A DNA stretch of 64,000 nucleotides, from positions 279,424-343,423 of the forward strand of contig CAWGNI010000010.1 of the NCBI GenBank assembly GCA_963823925.1, given 5' to 3'. The notes beneath the pieces are model-generated. The model saw nothing but the letters and a program-made list of their open reading frames with translations, made no database searches and was not told where the DNA came from. Of the stretch, positions 8,898 through 19,661 are shown in pieces. The translations under genes were made by a program, and so were the position numbers. Positions within the stretch are counted from its first letter, which is position 1. Every line of letters starts with the position of its first letter. The stretch comes from an uncultured Chloroflexia bacterium (GTDB lineage Bacteria; Chloroflexota; Limnocylindria; Limnocylindrales; CSP1-4).

Positions 8898-9654
8898 CTA
8901 CCCGAGTGCGCTGACGCGGATCGCGACGAGTCCCACCAGGGCCGCGACGAGGGCCCACCGGAGTCCTCGCTCCCAGCCGGTATCGGGCATCGTCCAGAGC
9001 AGATCGCGCTTCCCGGGCCGGCTGAACGCCCGGGTCTCCAGCGCCAGGCTCCGTTCCTCGACATCGGTCAGCGAGGTCAGGATGACCGGCACGACCATCG
9101 GCAGGAGGCCCCGGATCCGGGCCACGACACCGCCCTCGGTATCCATCCCGCGAGCTCGCTGGCTCTCACCGATGACCGCCGCTCGTTCGACCAGGGTGGG
9201 GACCGCCTCGATCGTCGCGACGGCCACGAATGCCGCCCGCGGAGAGACGCCGCGCCGCTCCAGGTCGAGGACGAACGCGTGCGGATCGGTGGTCAGGATG
9301 AACAACCCGATCGAGGTCGAGATGGCGAACAGGCGGACGACCGTCTGGACCGCGAAGTCCACGCCCTCGACGGTCGCGTCGAACGGTCCGATCTGGAAGA
9401 TGACCGTCGTTCCCGCCCGGGTGAAGACGCTGACGAGGACCACCGAGACCGCGATCGGCAGGGTCAGCAGGAAGGATGCGCGGACGAGGCGGCGACCGAC
9501 CCCCGCCAGCCCGGCCAGTCCCGAGCATGATCCCGATGATCACGGCCGGCCCGAGGTAGCCGCCGAGCACGAACGCCCCGACCGATGCGACGGTCGCGGC
9601 GATCGCCTTGGTCAGTGGGTTCAGCCGGTGATACGGACTCGGCGTGGCCGGCAC
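8898..9654 (-). CDS. ECF transporter transmembrane T component (frameshift near 9521)
   Basis: N-terminal YHRLNPLTK; C-terminal IGESQRARG and SLALETRAF (the two X-Arg-X motifs of EcfT). Confidence 0.88.
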
Positions 9655-9728
9655 CAGCCGTGCGATGAAGTCGGCATCAGCGGGCTCCAGATCGCCGGCC
9701 AGGACCGCCCGGGCCGGCGCCGGCGATC

Positions 9729-10586
9729 CTACGCGTCCTCCAGGCCGAGCGCCTTCTCGCCTTGCGGGAAGCGAGCCACGAACCGGCGGGAGAGGGTCTG
9801 GAGCAGGACGAAGACGATGAAGAAGGTCACGGTCTTGTCGATCGGGTCGGAGATCAAGCCCTGCTTGAGGACCGCTTCCTGGAGGTCGGAGCCGGCCTGC
9901 TGGAAGGCGGCGACGAGCAGGTCCGTCCCGGAACCGGTCACCCCGCCGAAGACCACCGCCGCGATCGGCGCCGAGATGAGCGCCGAGACGATGCCGCAGA
10001 TCAGGCCGGCGATCGCGACCCAGGCGACCCCGATGTCACGCCGGATGACGAGCAGGGCGATGAGACCGACGATCGCCGCGACGATGGCGATCGCGATGAC
10101 GTAGCCGAGGAGGATGAAGATGGGGTCGGCACCGGTGGTGTCGCCGAAGAAGGTGAACGTGCCGTCCGTGTAGAACGGCAGGAAACCGTAGTAGCCGATG
10201 CCGCCGAGGACGAGGATGACCAGCAGGGCCGCGCCGCCGACCTTGGCCCACGAAGCGTTCGGCCGACTGCGGAAGAAGCCCCACTGGGCGACGAGTCCGG
10301 AGAACAGGCCGATCCAGGCCGCCACGACGGCGAACGGTGCCGCGAAGTCGGAGTGGAACGGGGCCGGGATGACGTACGTCCAGACGAGATTCGTCAGCAC
10401 GCCGGTCACCAGCCCGGGCAGGGGCCCGGCGAGGACGCCGACCAGGATCGTCCCGATCGAATCCATGTAGATCGGGACCTTGAGGACCGACGCGACGGTC
10501 TGCCCGAGGACGATGTTGATCGCCATCGCGATCGGGATGAGAACGACGGTCCGCGTGTCGAATCTGCCCCAGCTCAAACCCATCAT
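9729..10586 (-). CDS. ECF transporter substrate-specific S component
   Basis: VLIPIAMAINIVLGQ...KVPIYMDSIGTILVGVLAGP and DPIDK; highly hydrophobic and directly upstream of ecfT/A/A'. Confidence 0.85.
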   Translation of the reverse strand: MMGLSWGRFDTRTVVLIPIAMAINIVLGQTVASVLKVPIYMDSIGTILVGVLAGPLPGLVTGVLTNLVWTYVIPAPFHSDFAAPFAVVAAWIGLFSGLVAQWGFFRSRPNASWAKVGGAALLVILVLGGIGYYGFLPFYTDGTFTFFGDTTGADPIFILLGYVIAIAIVAAIVGLIALLVIRRDIGVAWVAIAGLICGIVSALISAPIAAVVFGGVTGSGTDLLVAAFQQAGSDLQEAVLKQGLISDPIDKTVTFFIVFVLLQTLSRRFVARFPQGEKALGLEDA

Positions 10587-10644
10587 CGCGCGCTGCTCCC
10601 CTCGTCCGACGGCCCGGGTAGGGTGGGCTGGCCGTCCTCCGGCG

Positions 10645-11778
10645 TTAGCCTGACACGTCCGGGTGGTTCGCCGCCAGTCCTCCGACGCGTTCGACCAGGC
10701 GGTCGAGGAACTCGGCCACGTCCACGCTGACCGCGACATCGAGGTTCGGGTCCTTTCCGGTCAGTCGGCGACGGTCGATGACGGTCATCCCGGTGGTCAG
10801 TTCCCCGTTCGTCTCGACGTCGACGTAGACGGGTTCGGTGGTGACCAGGCTCCGGTCGAGCGTCGCGGCGACCGCCAGCGGGTCGTGGATGAACGCCCCG
10901 TAGAACCCGTCGTAGCGCGCATGGAACTCCATGTAGAAGCGCAGCGCGTCGGCGAGGAACCTGACGATCGGGTTGCTCGCGACCGAACGCGTCGCGTGCA
11001 TCGGGTCCTCGCCGTGTGCCAGGGCGATCGAATCATCGGGCGTGCTGCCCGCGCGCCGGGCGAGCCGGACGACCAGGTCGGGCAGGATACGGGCCTGCTC
11101 GGTCACGTCCAGCCCGAGCGCCAGAGGCCGTGGGATCGTCGGATCCGTTGCCCGGGCGTCGGCCCAGGCGCGGAAGACGATCCGGGCAGCCTCCGGATCG
11201 CAGTGGATGTTCCATTCGGTCGTCGGCGTCGTGTTCCCCGAAACGCCGAACGCGCCACCCATCAGCGTGTAGCCCTTGAGCAGCCGCGGCAGGGTCGGTT
11301 CGCGGAGGACGGCGATGGCCAAATTCGTCAACGGCCCGAGCGTTACCAGGGTGATCTCGCCCGGTCGGCGGCGCGCTTCGTCAAGGATGAGATCCACGGC
11401 GTGACGCTCCGAGAGGGCCTGCGAGGGAGGCGGAAGCTCGGCATATCCCATCCCCAACGGACCGTGGGTCTCCGGCGAGACCTCCAGGGCTCGGACGAGT
11501 GGGACCTCGCGGCCGATCGCGACCTCGACATCGGTCCTTCCGGCCAATCCGAGGACGGCCCGGGTGTTGACCGCCACCTGCCGGGCGTCGATGTTTCCCG
11601 ACACGCACGTGGCCGCGACGAGTTCGACGTCGGGGGAGGCGACGGCGTAGAGCAGCGCGAGGCTGTCGTCGATCCCCGTATCGACATCGACGATGAGTCG
11701 GGTCGGCCCGGTCGGCCCCGGGTCGTCCCCGGAGGAGCCGCTCGGCGCGTTCGACGACCTCGTCGGCCGACCGACCAT
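10645..11778 (-). CDS. Nucleoside hydrolase (IunH family)
   Basis: DVDTGIDD motif, TLGPLTNLA, MGGAF, EWNIHCDPEAA and HDPLAV. The start codon is uncertain (see findings). Confidence 0.92.
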   Translation of the reverse strand: MVGRPTRSSNAPSGSSGDDPGPTGPTRLIVDVDTGIDDSLALLYAVASPDVELVAATCVSGNIDARQVAVNTRAVLGLAGRTDVEVAIGREVPLVRALEVSPETHGPLGMGYAELPPPSQALSERHAVDLILDEARRRPGEITLVTLGPLTNLAIAVLREPTLPRLLKGYTLMGGAFGVSGNTTPTTEWNIHCDPEAARIVFRAWADARATDPTIPRPLALGLDVTEQARILPDLVVRLARRAGSTPDDSIALAHGEDPMHATRSVASNPIVRFLADALRFYMEFHARYDGFYGAFIHDPLAVAATLDRSLVTTEPVYVDVETNGELTTGMTVIDRRRLTGKDPNLDVAVSVDVAEFLDRLVERVGGLAANHPDVSG

Positions 11779-12259
11779 CGGTGTCGATCACGTGCGCACC
11801 GACGCTCGCCAGGAGCGGCTCGCGCCTGGCCGCCTGCGCGGCGAGGAAGGCCTCGGGCGTCTCGCCGTACGTCGGACGGTGATCGTCGCCCGACTCGAAC
11901 CGATCCGCCAGGTTGTCAGGCCGGGCATGGAGCCAGATGACGAAGACATCGGGAGCCGCCATCGCCTCGCGGCAGGCCGGCGACTCGATGACGCTCGCGG
12001 CCGCGCTGACGATGACCGGGTCCGGCGACGAGATGGCATCGATGAGCTGGGCGGCCTCGCGGGCATGCATCCCGTCGACGCCCTCCTGGGCGCGCAGTTC
12101 GCGGACGGTCCGTCCCGTCTCCGCCTCGATATCGACATCGGAGTCGCGCCATGCGATCCCGAGTCGATTGGCGAGTTTCCGACCGACCGTCGTCTTGCCG
12201 ACACCCATCAGACCGGTAAGCACGATGTGCCGCGGCAGGGCGGGATCCGAGGCGTCCAT
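11700..12259 (-). CDS. Shikimate-kinase-like P-loop kinase (no stop near the expected end)
   Basis: IVLTGLMGVGKTTVGRKLA, RDSDVDIE, LWLHA-type strand IWLHARP, HRP and IDTDGRS. The frame runs on into the hydrolase gene, so the end given here is approximate. Confidence 0.8.
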
Positions 12260-12340
12260 CGCGATAGCGTATCGGACCCGGGGCGCTGCCCTCGCGCCCG
12301 GGCTGCTGCCGCGCGACGGCCCGACCTCTACACTCGCGTC

Positions 12341-13528
12341 GTGGAAACACCGCAGCCCATCGCGCCGCCCGCCGTCATCGGTATCCTCGGTGGCGGCCAG
12401 CTGGGACGGATGCTGGCGGGTGCCGCCCGAGCGATGGGCTATCGCATCGCGATCCTCGATCCGGATCCGGAGTGTCCGGCAGCGGCGGTAGCCGATCATG
12501 TCGTCATCGGCGGCTACGCCGATGTCGACGCCGCGGACCGTCTGGCGAGCCTGAGCGACGTCGTGACCTACGAGCTGGAGCACGTCGCCGCCGAGGTGGT
12601 CGCGACGATCGAAGCCCGCGTCCCGGTCCGGCCAGGACATGGGCCGCTGGTCGTCACCCAGGATCGCCTGGCGGAGCGGCGTTTCGTGGAAGGTGCCGGG
12701 GTGGCAGTCGCGCCGTGGCGTGAGGTTCGGACGGTGGCCGAGGCGCGAGCGGCCGCAACCGATCTGGGCCTGCCGTTGCGTCTGAAACTGCCGATCGGCG
12801 GGTACGACGGTCGCGGCCAGCTCCGGATCGCGGACAGCGCGGCGCTGGATGACGCCTGGGGCCGACTCGGCCGCGAGCCAGGCGACCCACTCCTGGCAGA
12901 GCGGGAGCTCGCGTTCCTGGCCGAGCTGTCGGTCATCGTCGCCCGTGGACCGGATGGTTCGATCGCGACGTTCCCGATCACCCGGAATCACCACGACGAC
13001 GGGATCCTCGTCGAGTCGGTGGCGCCGGCCCCGGTCCCGGCCGGTGTCGCCGCCGAAGCAGCCACGATCGGCACGACGCTCGCCCTCGCGATGGACCTGT
13101 GCGGCACGCTGACGGCCGAGCTCTTCCTGCTCCAGGATGGATCGCTGGTCGTCAACGAACTCGCGCCACGGGTCCACAATTCCGGCCACTGGACCATCGA
13201 GGGTGCCCATACCTCCCAGTTCGAGCAGCACATCCGGGCGATCTGCGGATCCGGTCTCGGGTCACCGGCCGCGTCCGGTCCGGTCGCGATGGTCAACCTG
13301 CTGGGGACGGGAGCCCCACGTGACGCGCGCCTGCGCGGTGTCGCAACGGCGTTGACCGATCCCGCGGTCCATCTCCACGTCTACGACAAACGCCGGGTGT
13401 TCGAACGCCGCAAGATGGGGCATGTCACGGCCCTCGGTGCCGACCTCGAGACGGCACTGGCCTCGGCGCAGGTCGCGTTGGATGCGCTGTGGTGGGCGGA
13501 AGACGGGACGACGAAGGAGGACCGATGA
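12341..13528 (+). CDS. purK: N5-carboxyaminoimidazole ribonucleotide synthase
   Basis: [52 protein letters not shown] and RKMGH. Confidence 0.97.
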   Translation: METPQPIAPPAVIGILGGGQLGRMLAGAARAMGYRIAILDPDPECPAAAVADHVVIGGYADVDAADRLASLSDVVTYELEHVAAEVVATIEARVPVRPGHGPLVVTQDRLAERRFVEGAGVAVAPWREVRTVAEARAAATDLGLPLRLKLPIGGYDGRGQLRIADSAALDDAWGRLGREPGDPLLAERELAFLAELSVIVARGPDGSIATFPITRNHHDDGILVESVAPAPVPAGVAAEAATIGTTLALAMDLCGTLTAELFLLQDGSLVVNELAPRVHNSGHWTIEGAHTSQFEQHIRAICGSGLGSPAASGPVAMVNLLGTGAPRDARLRGVATALTDPAVHLHVYDKRRVFERRKMGHVTALGADLETALASAQVALDALWWAEDGTTKEDR

Positions 13529-14025
13529 GCTTGACGACCCAGGCGCCGATCGTCGGCATCGTCGGTGGCAGCCGCTCCGACTTCCCGACCCTCGAGCGGG
13601 CGGTCGCCATCCTGGATGAACTCGGGGTGTCGTCGGAACTCAGCGTCGTGTCGGCCCACCGAACCCCGGATCGGTTGTTCGAGTACGCGGAGGGGGCGGC
13701 CGGTCGGGGCATCCGGGTGATCGTCGCCGGGGCCGGCGGCGCCGCGCATCTGCCCGGGATGCTCGCCGCCAAGACGGCACTCCCGGTCATCGGCGTACCC
13801 ATCCCCACCGAGCACCTCGGCGGCCTCGATTCCCTGTTGTCGATCGTCCAGATGCCGCGAGGTGTGCCCGTCGCGACGGTCGCCATCGGCAACGCGCTGA
13901 ACGCCGGCCTACTCGCGGCCGCGATCCTGGCGCTGTCCGATGACGGGCTCGCGGGTCGACTCGCCGCCTGGCGCGCCCGGCAGACCCAGGCCGTGCTGGA
14001 CGATGCGGGGACCCCGCCGGGCTGA
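13525..14025 (+). CDS. purE: N5-CAIR mutase
   Basis: [28 protein letters not shown] and [14 protein letters not shown]. Confidence 0.97.
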   Translation: MSLTTQAPIVGIVGGSRSDFPTLERAVAILDELGVSSELSVVSAHRTPDRLFEYAEGAAGRGIRVIVAGAGGAAHLPGMLAAKTALPVIGVPIPTEHLGGLDSLLSIVQMPRGVPVATVAIGNALNAGLLAAAILALSDDGLAGRLAAWRARQTQAVLDDAGTPPG

Positions 14026-14030
14026 TTCGA

Positions 14031-14972
14031 TCACCCGCCGCGCACCCACGGTGTCGCTGCCCCCTGGATCCCGACATCGATCGCCCATAGCGTCGAGGTC
14101 GCGGTGATGAACAGTCGTCGACCGTCGGCGCCCCCGAACGTGCAGTTGCTGACCGTTTCGGGGAGAAGGAACCGGCCCACCTCGGCCCCGCGCGGATCGA
14201 GGACATGGATCCCGTCGCCGGCGGACGTCCAGACGTTCCCGTCGACATCGACACGGAGGCCGTCGGAAAGACCCGGATCGATCACCGCGAAGATGCGTGG
14301 AGCGGCCAGGTGTCGGCCGTCGACGACGTCGAACGCGACGATGTGGTGGTTGCCGCCGCTGATCCGCGCGGCAGACGTATCGGAGACGTAGAGGGTTCGC
14401 TCGTCGGGCGAGAAGGCCAGCCCGTTCGGATGGACGAGGACGTCGGTCGCGATCGCCAGCTCCCCGGTCCCCCGGTCCAGCCGGAAGACGAAGCAGCCAC
14501 CCAGCTCGGATTCGGCGGCGTGACCTTCCGAGTCGTCGAGGATGCCGTACGGCGGATCGGTGAACCAGACCGCCCCGTCCGATGCGACGACAAGATCGTT
14601 CGGTGAGTTGAGCCGTCGACCCTCGAATCGATCGACGATGGTCGTTCGACTCCCGTCCCGCTCGTATCGCGACACGCGCCGACGCCCGTGCTCGCAGGCG
14701 AGGATCCGACCGTCATGGTCAAGCGTATGGCCGTTGGCGAAGTCCGACGGTCGGTACAGGTCGCGAACGCCATCCGAGCCCGTCCAGCGTCGGACGACGT
14801 TGCCGCGGACGTCACTCCAGACGACCGCCCCCGCCTCAGGCAGATAGACGGGGCCTTCCGCCCAGGTGGCGCCGCCGGCCAGTCGTTCCAGTCGCGCGTC
14901 GGGCGGGACGAGCCGATCGAACCGCGGATCGCGGACGATGCGCTGCAGGGGCGGTCGATCAGTCTCAGTCAT
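14031..14972 (-). CDS. SMP-30/gluconolactonase family protein
   Basis: WAEGPVY, WSDV, LNSPNDLVV, WFTDPPYG, PNGLAFSPDE and DGLRVDVDGN. Confidence 0.93.
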   Translation of the reverse strand: MTETDRPPLQRIVRDPRFDRLVPPDARLERLAGGATWAEGPVYLPEAGAVVWSDVRGNVVRRWTGSDGVRDLYRPSDFANGHTLDHDGRILACEHGRRRVSRYERDGSRTTIVDRFEGRRLNSPNDLVVASDGAVWFTDPPYGILDDSEGHAAESELGGCFVFRLDRGTGELAIATDVLVHPNGLAFSPDERTLYVSDTSAARISGGNHHIVAFDVVDGRHLAAPRIFAVIDPGLSDGLRVDVDGNVWTSAGDGIHVLDPRGAEVGRFLLPETVSNCTFGGADGRRLFITATSTLWAIDVGIQGAATPWVRGG

Positions 14973-15033
14973 CGGGTGGCTCCTTCAGGGGCCGTGAGCA
15001 GGGCGCCCAGGCGCAGACGCTACCATCACGGCG

Positions 15034-15513
15034 ATGCCATCACTCCGTCTGCGCCGCGCCGTCCGCGCTGCCATCCTCGATGAGACCGACCGGATCCTGC
15101 TCGTCCGGTTCAGCTTCCCCGATCGCACGGTGTGGGCATGCCCCGGCGGCGGGATCGAGCCCGATGAGGCCGACGCGGACGCGATCGAGCGGGAACTCGC
15201 CGAAGAGACCGGATTGACCGGCGCGACCCTGGGTCCGTGCATCTGGCTGCGCGAGCACGTCTTCCCGATGGCCGGCGGTCACTGGGACGGCCAGACCGAA
15301 CGCTTCTACCTCATCCGGACGGCCGCCTTCGATCCGCATCCGCGATTTTCCGAGGAAGAGCTCCGCCGCGAGTACGTGACGGGGATCCGCTGGTGGACGC
15401 AGGCCGAACTGGGCGCCGCGACCGAGGCATTCGCCCCGAGGCGGCTGCCGGAGCTGATCGCGACGTTGATCAGGGACGGCGTCCCGGACCCTCCGGTGGA
15501 CGCCGGCGTCTAG
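15034..15513 (+). CDS. NUDIX hydrolase
   Basis: Nudix box PGGGIEPDEADADAIERELAEETGL. Confidence 0.9.
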   Translation: MPSLRLRRAVRAAILDETDRILLVRFSFPDRTVWACPGGGIEPDEADADAIERELAEETGLTGATLGPCIWLREHVFPMAGGHWDGQTERFYLIRTAAFDPHPRFSEEELRREYVTGIRWWTQAELGAATEAFAPRRLPELIATLIRDGVPDPPVDAGV

Positions 15514-15554
15514 CTACGAGCCGGCCGGCGTCTGGCGCCGGTGCGCTGGCGCCG

Positions 15555-16454
15555 CTACGCGTCGCCTGGCGTCCGCTCCTGGGCGCTGACCTGCACCGTC
15601 CGCTCATCGGCGCCCCGGACCAGCGTGACCGCGAACGGGAGTGCGGCACTCCCGAGTACGGCGTGCAGGTCGTCGGCGTCGGTGATCGCCCGTCCGGCCG
15701 CTTCGACGATCAGGTCGCCGGCTTCGATCCCGGCAGCAGCGGCGAGGCTGTCATCCTCGACCCCGCGGACGAGGACGCCGTCACGTTCAGGCAGCCCGAC
15801 CGAGCGACGAAGCCGGCGAGCCACGTGGGCGGGTGCGACCGCGACACCAAGGCGCGGCCGCGCCGGGGATTCGCCGCGCCCGAGGGCGTCGACCCGGGAG
15901 CGCAGGGCGGCATCCGCCGGCAGGGCGAGGTAGAAGCCCTCGCCGATCCGATTCGTGTTGACGCCGACCAGCGCACCCGCCGCGTCGAGGAGGGCCCCAC
16001 CGGATGAACCCGGGGCCAACGGAGCGGTGTGCTCGACGCTGCCATCGATCCGCCGACCGCCGGGGCCGCGGAATGCGCGGGCGACGGCCGACACCAGCCC
16101 GAACGTGACCCGTGTCCCGCCACCGCGGCTGGCACTCGCGCCAAAGACCGCGGTCCCGACGCTGAGGTCTGGATCCGCAGCCCAGCTGACCGGGCTCGCG
16201 TCGGCGGTATCGACATCGATGACCGCGAGGTCTCCATCACCATCCCAGCCGGCGACCGTCCCTCGAGCATGGCGACCGTCTGCGAACATGACGGTGACCT
16301 CGTCACCGCGCAGGTTGTGGGCGTTCGTCAACACCTTCCCGGCGGCGATGATCACGCCCGAGCCGCGCGTGCCGCGCCCGATCCCGACGATGGCTGGGCC
16401 GGTCTGCTCGGCGATGGAGGCGACGGCGGTCTGGAGTTCTTCGATGGCGCTCAT
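15555..16454 (-). CDS. Trypsin-like serine protease with C-terminal PDZ domain, no signal peptide
   Basis: GSGVI, LTNAHN (His), DLAVI (Asp) and PGSSGG (Ser); PDZ with AAAAGIEAGDLIV. Confidence 0.9.
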   Translation of the reverse strand: MSAIEELQTAVASIAEQTGPAIVGIGRGTRGSGVIIAAGKVLTNAHNLRGDEVTVMFADGRHARGTVAGWDGDGDLAVIDVDTADASPVSWAADPDLSVGTAVFGASASRGGGTRVTFGLVSAVARAFRGPGGRRIDGSVEHTAPLAPGSSGGALLDAAGALVGVNTNRIGEGFYLALPADAALRSRVDALGRGESPARPRLGVAVAPAHVARRLRRSVGLPERDGVLVRGVEDDSLAAAAGIEAGDLIVEAAGRAITDADDLHAVLGSAALPFAVTLVRGADERTVQVSAQERTPGDA

Positions 16455-16551
16455 GCAGGGTCCCCTTGCAGGTGGATAGACTTGTGACTTGCAATCTACT
16501 ACTGACACCGGCCCCGTGACAAGCGTCCAGCCGCCACCTACCATCGGCCGG

Positions 16552-17001
16552 ATGGCCGATCCCGGTGTCCCCCACGAGACATCGCCGCTCGCCGCCGCCC
16601 TGGAGCGGGTGGGAGATCGCTGGAGCCTGCTCGTCGTCGAGGCGCTCCTCGATGGTCCCCACCGGTTCAACGAACTCGGGGACCTGGTCCACGGGATCGC
16701 ACCGAACATCCTGACCGATCGCTTGCGCCGGCTGGAACGCGAGCGGATCGTGGTCGCGACCGCCTATCAGCAACGTCCCCCGCGGATGTCGTATGCGCTG
16801 ACCAGCGACGGCCGTGACCTCGCCTCGGCGCTTCGGATGCTGGCCGACTGGGGGGCGCGCCGCCTGCCGGGTCCGGATGGCGCGTCGACGGCGCCGATGC
16901 GCCATGCCCGATGCGGGACGCCACTCGAGGTGCGCTGGTACTGCCCGACCTGCGATCTGAACATCGACGGCGCCGATGCCGAGGGGGTCCGGACCGTCTG
17001 A
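16552..17001 (+). CDS. HxlR-family winged-helix regulator
   Basis: ALERVGDRWSLLVV, RFNEL, ILTDRLRRLE and YALT...L...LADWG; C-terminal C/H-rich tail. Confidence 0.92.
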   Translation: MADPGVPHETSPLAAALERVGDRWSLLVVEALLDGPHRFNELGDLVHGIAPNILTDRLRRLERERIVVATAYQQRPPRMSYALTSDGRDLASALRMLADWGARRLPGPDGASTAPMRHARCGTPLEVRWYCPTCDLNIDGADAEGVRTV

Positions 17002-17039
17002 GCGAGGTCAGGTCGCCCTGGGGATACACTCCAGAGGCG

Positions 17040-17483
17040 ATGGACGACGAGCGCTGGGAGCCAGGGATGCCCGTCCTCGACCGCCAGGCGGTCGGGCCGG
17101 CCGGGGCACGTCCCGCATCCTCGAGCCTCCCACCGAGCTTGCAGGGGCTGCCGCCCAGATCGGTGCCCGAGATGGCCCCGACCCCACTCCAGCGTCACTA
17201 CATCAACCTCAGCGTCATCGTCCTCGTCTGCGGCGCGATCGCGATCTCGGCCCTGGAACTCGGGGCGGCGGTGGGCAGCCCGCTCGTCAAGCTGTGCGTG
17301 ATCGTCGCGGCGCCGCTGCTCGTGCTCACGACTGCCGACGCCGTCCTGCGGATCTGGCGGTCAGCCTGGGCCTGGATGCCGGTCGACCGGGGCAAGGGCC
17401 TGTTCCGGTTGGCCTGGGTCGCCGTCAGCCTCGTCGGCCTTGCCGCGCTGATCGGTGCATCGATCCTGGTGATCCTGGCATGA
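17040..17483 (+). CDS. Hypothetical membrane protein (3 TM)
   Basis: Pro-rich N-terminus followed by three hydrophobic segments; preceded by a TACACT -10-like element. Confidence 0.65.
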   Translation: MDDERWEPGMPVLDRQAVGPAGARPASSSLPPSLQGLPPRSVPEMAPTPLQRHYINLSVIVLVCGAIAISALELGAAVGSPLVKLCVIVAAPLLVLTTADAVLRIWRSAWAWMPVDRGKGLFRLAWVAVSLVGLAALIGASILVILA

Positions 17484-17499
17484 CGCGCCGGCACGACTC

Positions 17500-18120
17500 G
17501 TGACCGCCGACCGGTTCGCCCGTGGCCCGGACGGTCGCTCGACCGATCTCGCGTCCGGTCGCGGCGTGCCGCCGTGGCTGGCGGCATCGCTCAACTTCTG
17601 CTCCAGGTGTGGTGCCGGGCTGACCTTCGGTGCGATCGAAGGGGAGGACCGCGAGCGTCTGGCATGCGGTTCGTGCGGGCACATCACCTACGTCAATCCG
17701 CGCCTGGTGGTGACGACCTTCCCGATCACCGAGGCGGGGGAGATCGTCCTCATCCGCCGCGGCATCGAACCGGGCAGGGGTTCCTGGGCGCAGCCGGGCG
17801 GGTTCCTCGAGATCGATGAGACGGTGCACCAGGCAGCCATCCGCGAGACCTGGGAGGAGACCGGCCTGCTGGTCGAGCCGAGCGAGATCATCGGGCTGTA
17901 CACGCGTCTCGAGGCGAGCGTGGTCACGATCGCGTTCGAGGCCAGGATCGTCGGCGGGACGGCCGGTCCGACCGTCGAGGCGACCGAGGTCAGGACCTAC
18001 GCGCCGGAGGACGTCCCGTGGGACGGGATCGCCTTCTCGACGACGATCTGGGCGCTCCGGGACTGGTTCGCCCGGCGGCGCCCGGACCTCGACCTTCCGG
18101 ATATCAGGTCAGGTCGATGA
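17500..18120 (+). CDS. NUDIX hydrolase with N-terminal zinc ribbon
   Basis: FCSRCGAGL...CGSCGHITYVNP and Nudix box PGGFLEIDETVHQAAIRETWEETGL. Confidence 0.92.
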   Translation: MTADRFARGPDGRSTDLASGRGVPPWLAASLNFCSRCGAGLTFGAIEGEDRERLACGSCGHITYVNPRLVVTTFPITEAGEIVLIRRGIEPGRGSWAQPGGFLEIDETVHQAAIRETWEETGLLVEPSEIIGLYTRLEASVVTIAFEARIVGGTAGPTVEATEVRTYAPEDVPWDGIAFSTTIWALRDWFARRRPDLDLPDIRSGR

Positions 18121-19581
18121 AGACGTTCTTCGTCTCGGTGTACAACTCCAGGGCGGCCATCCCGAGTTCGCGGCCGATCCCCGACATCTTGTAGCCACCG
18201 AACGGCGCCTCGGTATGGACCGAACTGTTCGAGTTGACGCTGATGACGCCGGCCTGCAGGGCCTTCGCCGCCCGCAGCGCCTTCCCGATATCGCGGCTCC
18301 AGATCGAGCCCGACAACCCGTACGGTGAGGCGTTCGCCAGGCGGAGCGCCTCCTCCTCCGTGTCGAACGGGATGATCGACACGACCGGACCGAAGATCTC
18401 CTCTTTCGCGATCGTCATCTCGCTCGACACGCCATCGAAGACGGTCGGCATCAGGTACGCCCCGTCGGCGAGCGCCGCATCGGTCGGCGCGTCCCCACCG
18501 ACGACGAGCGTCGCCCCTTCCTGGAGCCCGATCTCGATATAGTCCTCGGACCCGGTCGACGCTGCCTGAAACTGACCAGCGTCCCGACCTCGGTGGCATC
18601 GTCGGACGGAAGGCCGACCTTGACGTTCCGGGTCGCGGCGGCGAACAGCTCCACGACCTGTTCGTGGGCGGACCGCTCGACGAGGATCCGGCTTCGCGCA
18701 CAGCAGTCCTGACCGGCGTTGTCGAAGACCGAGTAGGGCGACTCGCGCGCGAACTTCTCGAGGTCGGCATCGGCGAAGACGATGTTCGGACTCTTGCCGC
18801 CGAGCTCGAGCGAGATCTTCTTCACGTTGCCGGCCGCCAGCCGCATGATCTCCTGACCCGTCGTCGTCTCACCGGTGAAGGCGACCTTGCCGATACCCGG
18901 ATGCGCCGCGATCGACGCGCCGGCCGAGCCGCCTGGCCCGGTCACCACGTTGAGGACCCCGGCTGGGATCCCGGCCTCCAGGGCGAGCTCACCGAGACGC
19001 AGCGCGGTCAGCGGCGAGTAGCTGGCAGGCTTGAGGATCGCGGTGTTACCGGCGGCCAGGGCAGGCGCGACTTTCCACGACGCCATCAGCAGCGGGAAGT
19101 TCCAGGGCACGATGAGGCCGACGACCCCGATCGGCTCGCGCAGGGTGAAGTCCAGCCCCGGCTTCGACACCGGGATCGTCTGCCCGAAGACCTTGTTGGC
19201 GGCGCCGGCGTAGTAGTCGAACACGAGGCTGACGCCGGTGATCTCACCGCGCGCGCCGGAGATCGGCTTGCCGATGTTGCGACTCTCCAGCTGGGAAAGC
19301 TCCTCCGTGTGCGCCTTGATCAGCGCCGCGAACTTGGCCAGCGTCCGCCCGCGTTTGCCGGCCGCCCAGCTGGCCCAGCCCTTGCGCTCGTCGAATGCGG
19401 TTCGTGCCGCGGTGACCGCCCGGTCGACCTCGGCCGGCCCGCCGAGCGGAGCCGTCGCCATGACCTTGCCGGTCGCAGGGTCGACCACGTCGAACGTCTG
19501 GCCGTCCGCCGCGTCCACCAGCTCGCCACCGATCACCATGTGGGTGGTCAGCACGTCAGTCGTCGTCGTTTCGGTCGTCAT
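18104..19581 (-). CDS. Aldehyde dehydrogenase (frameshifted near 18545-18560)
   Basis: IVPWNFP, ILKPAS, FTGETTTG, LELGGKSP and GQDCCARSR; EEIFGPV and YGLSGS lie in the downstream frame. Confidence 0.93.
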
Positions 19582-19661
19582 CGGATCGGGCCTCTCGAGG
19601 GGGATGTCTGGGCCGATGATACGTGCGATGCGGGCCCGCCGGGCGGCGGTAGCATCGGGTC

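Noticed and set aside
10608-10636. Purine or other riboswitch between the hydrolase and ECF S genes
   Set aside because: There is only one 7-bp stem (GACGGCC/GGCCGTC) in a 58-nt gap, too short and with no known aptamer core.
12259-12259. Gene symbol aroK for the P-loop kinase
   Set aside because: The shikimate-binding GGG motif is replaced by AAAS and the context is nucleoside salvage, so the substrate is uncertain.
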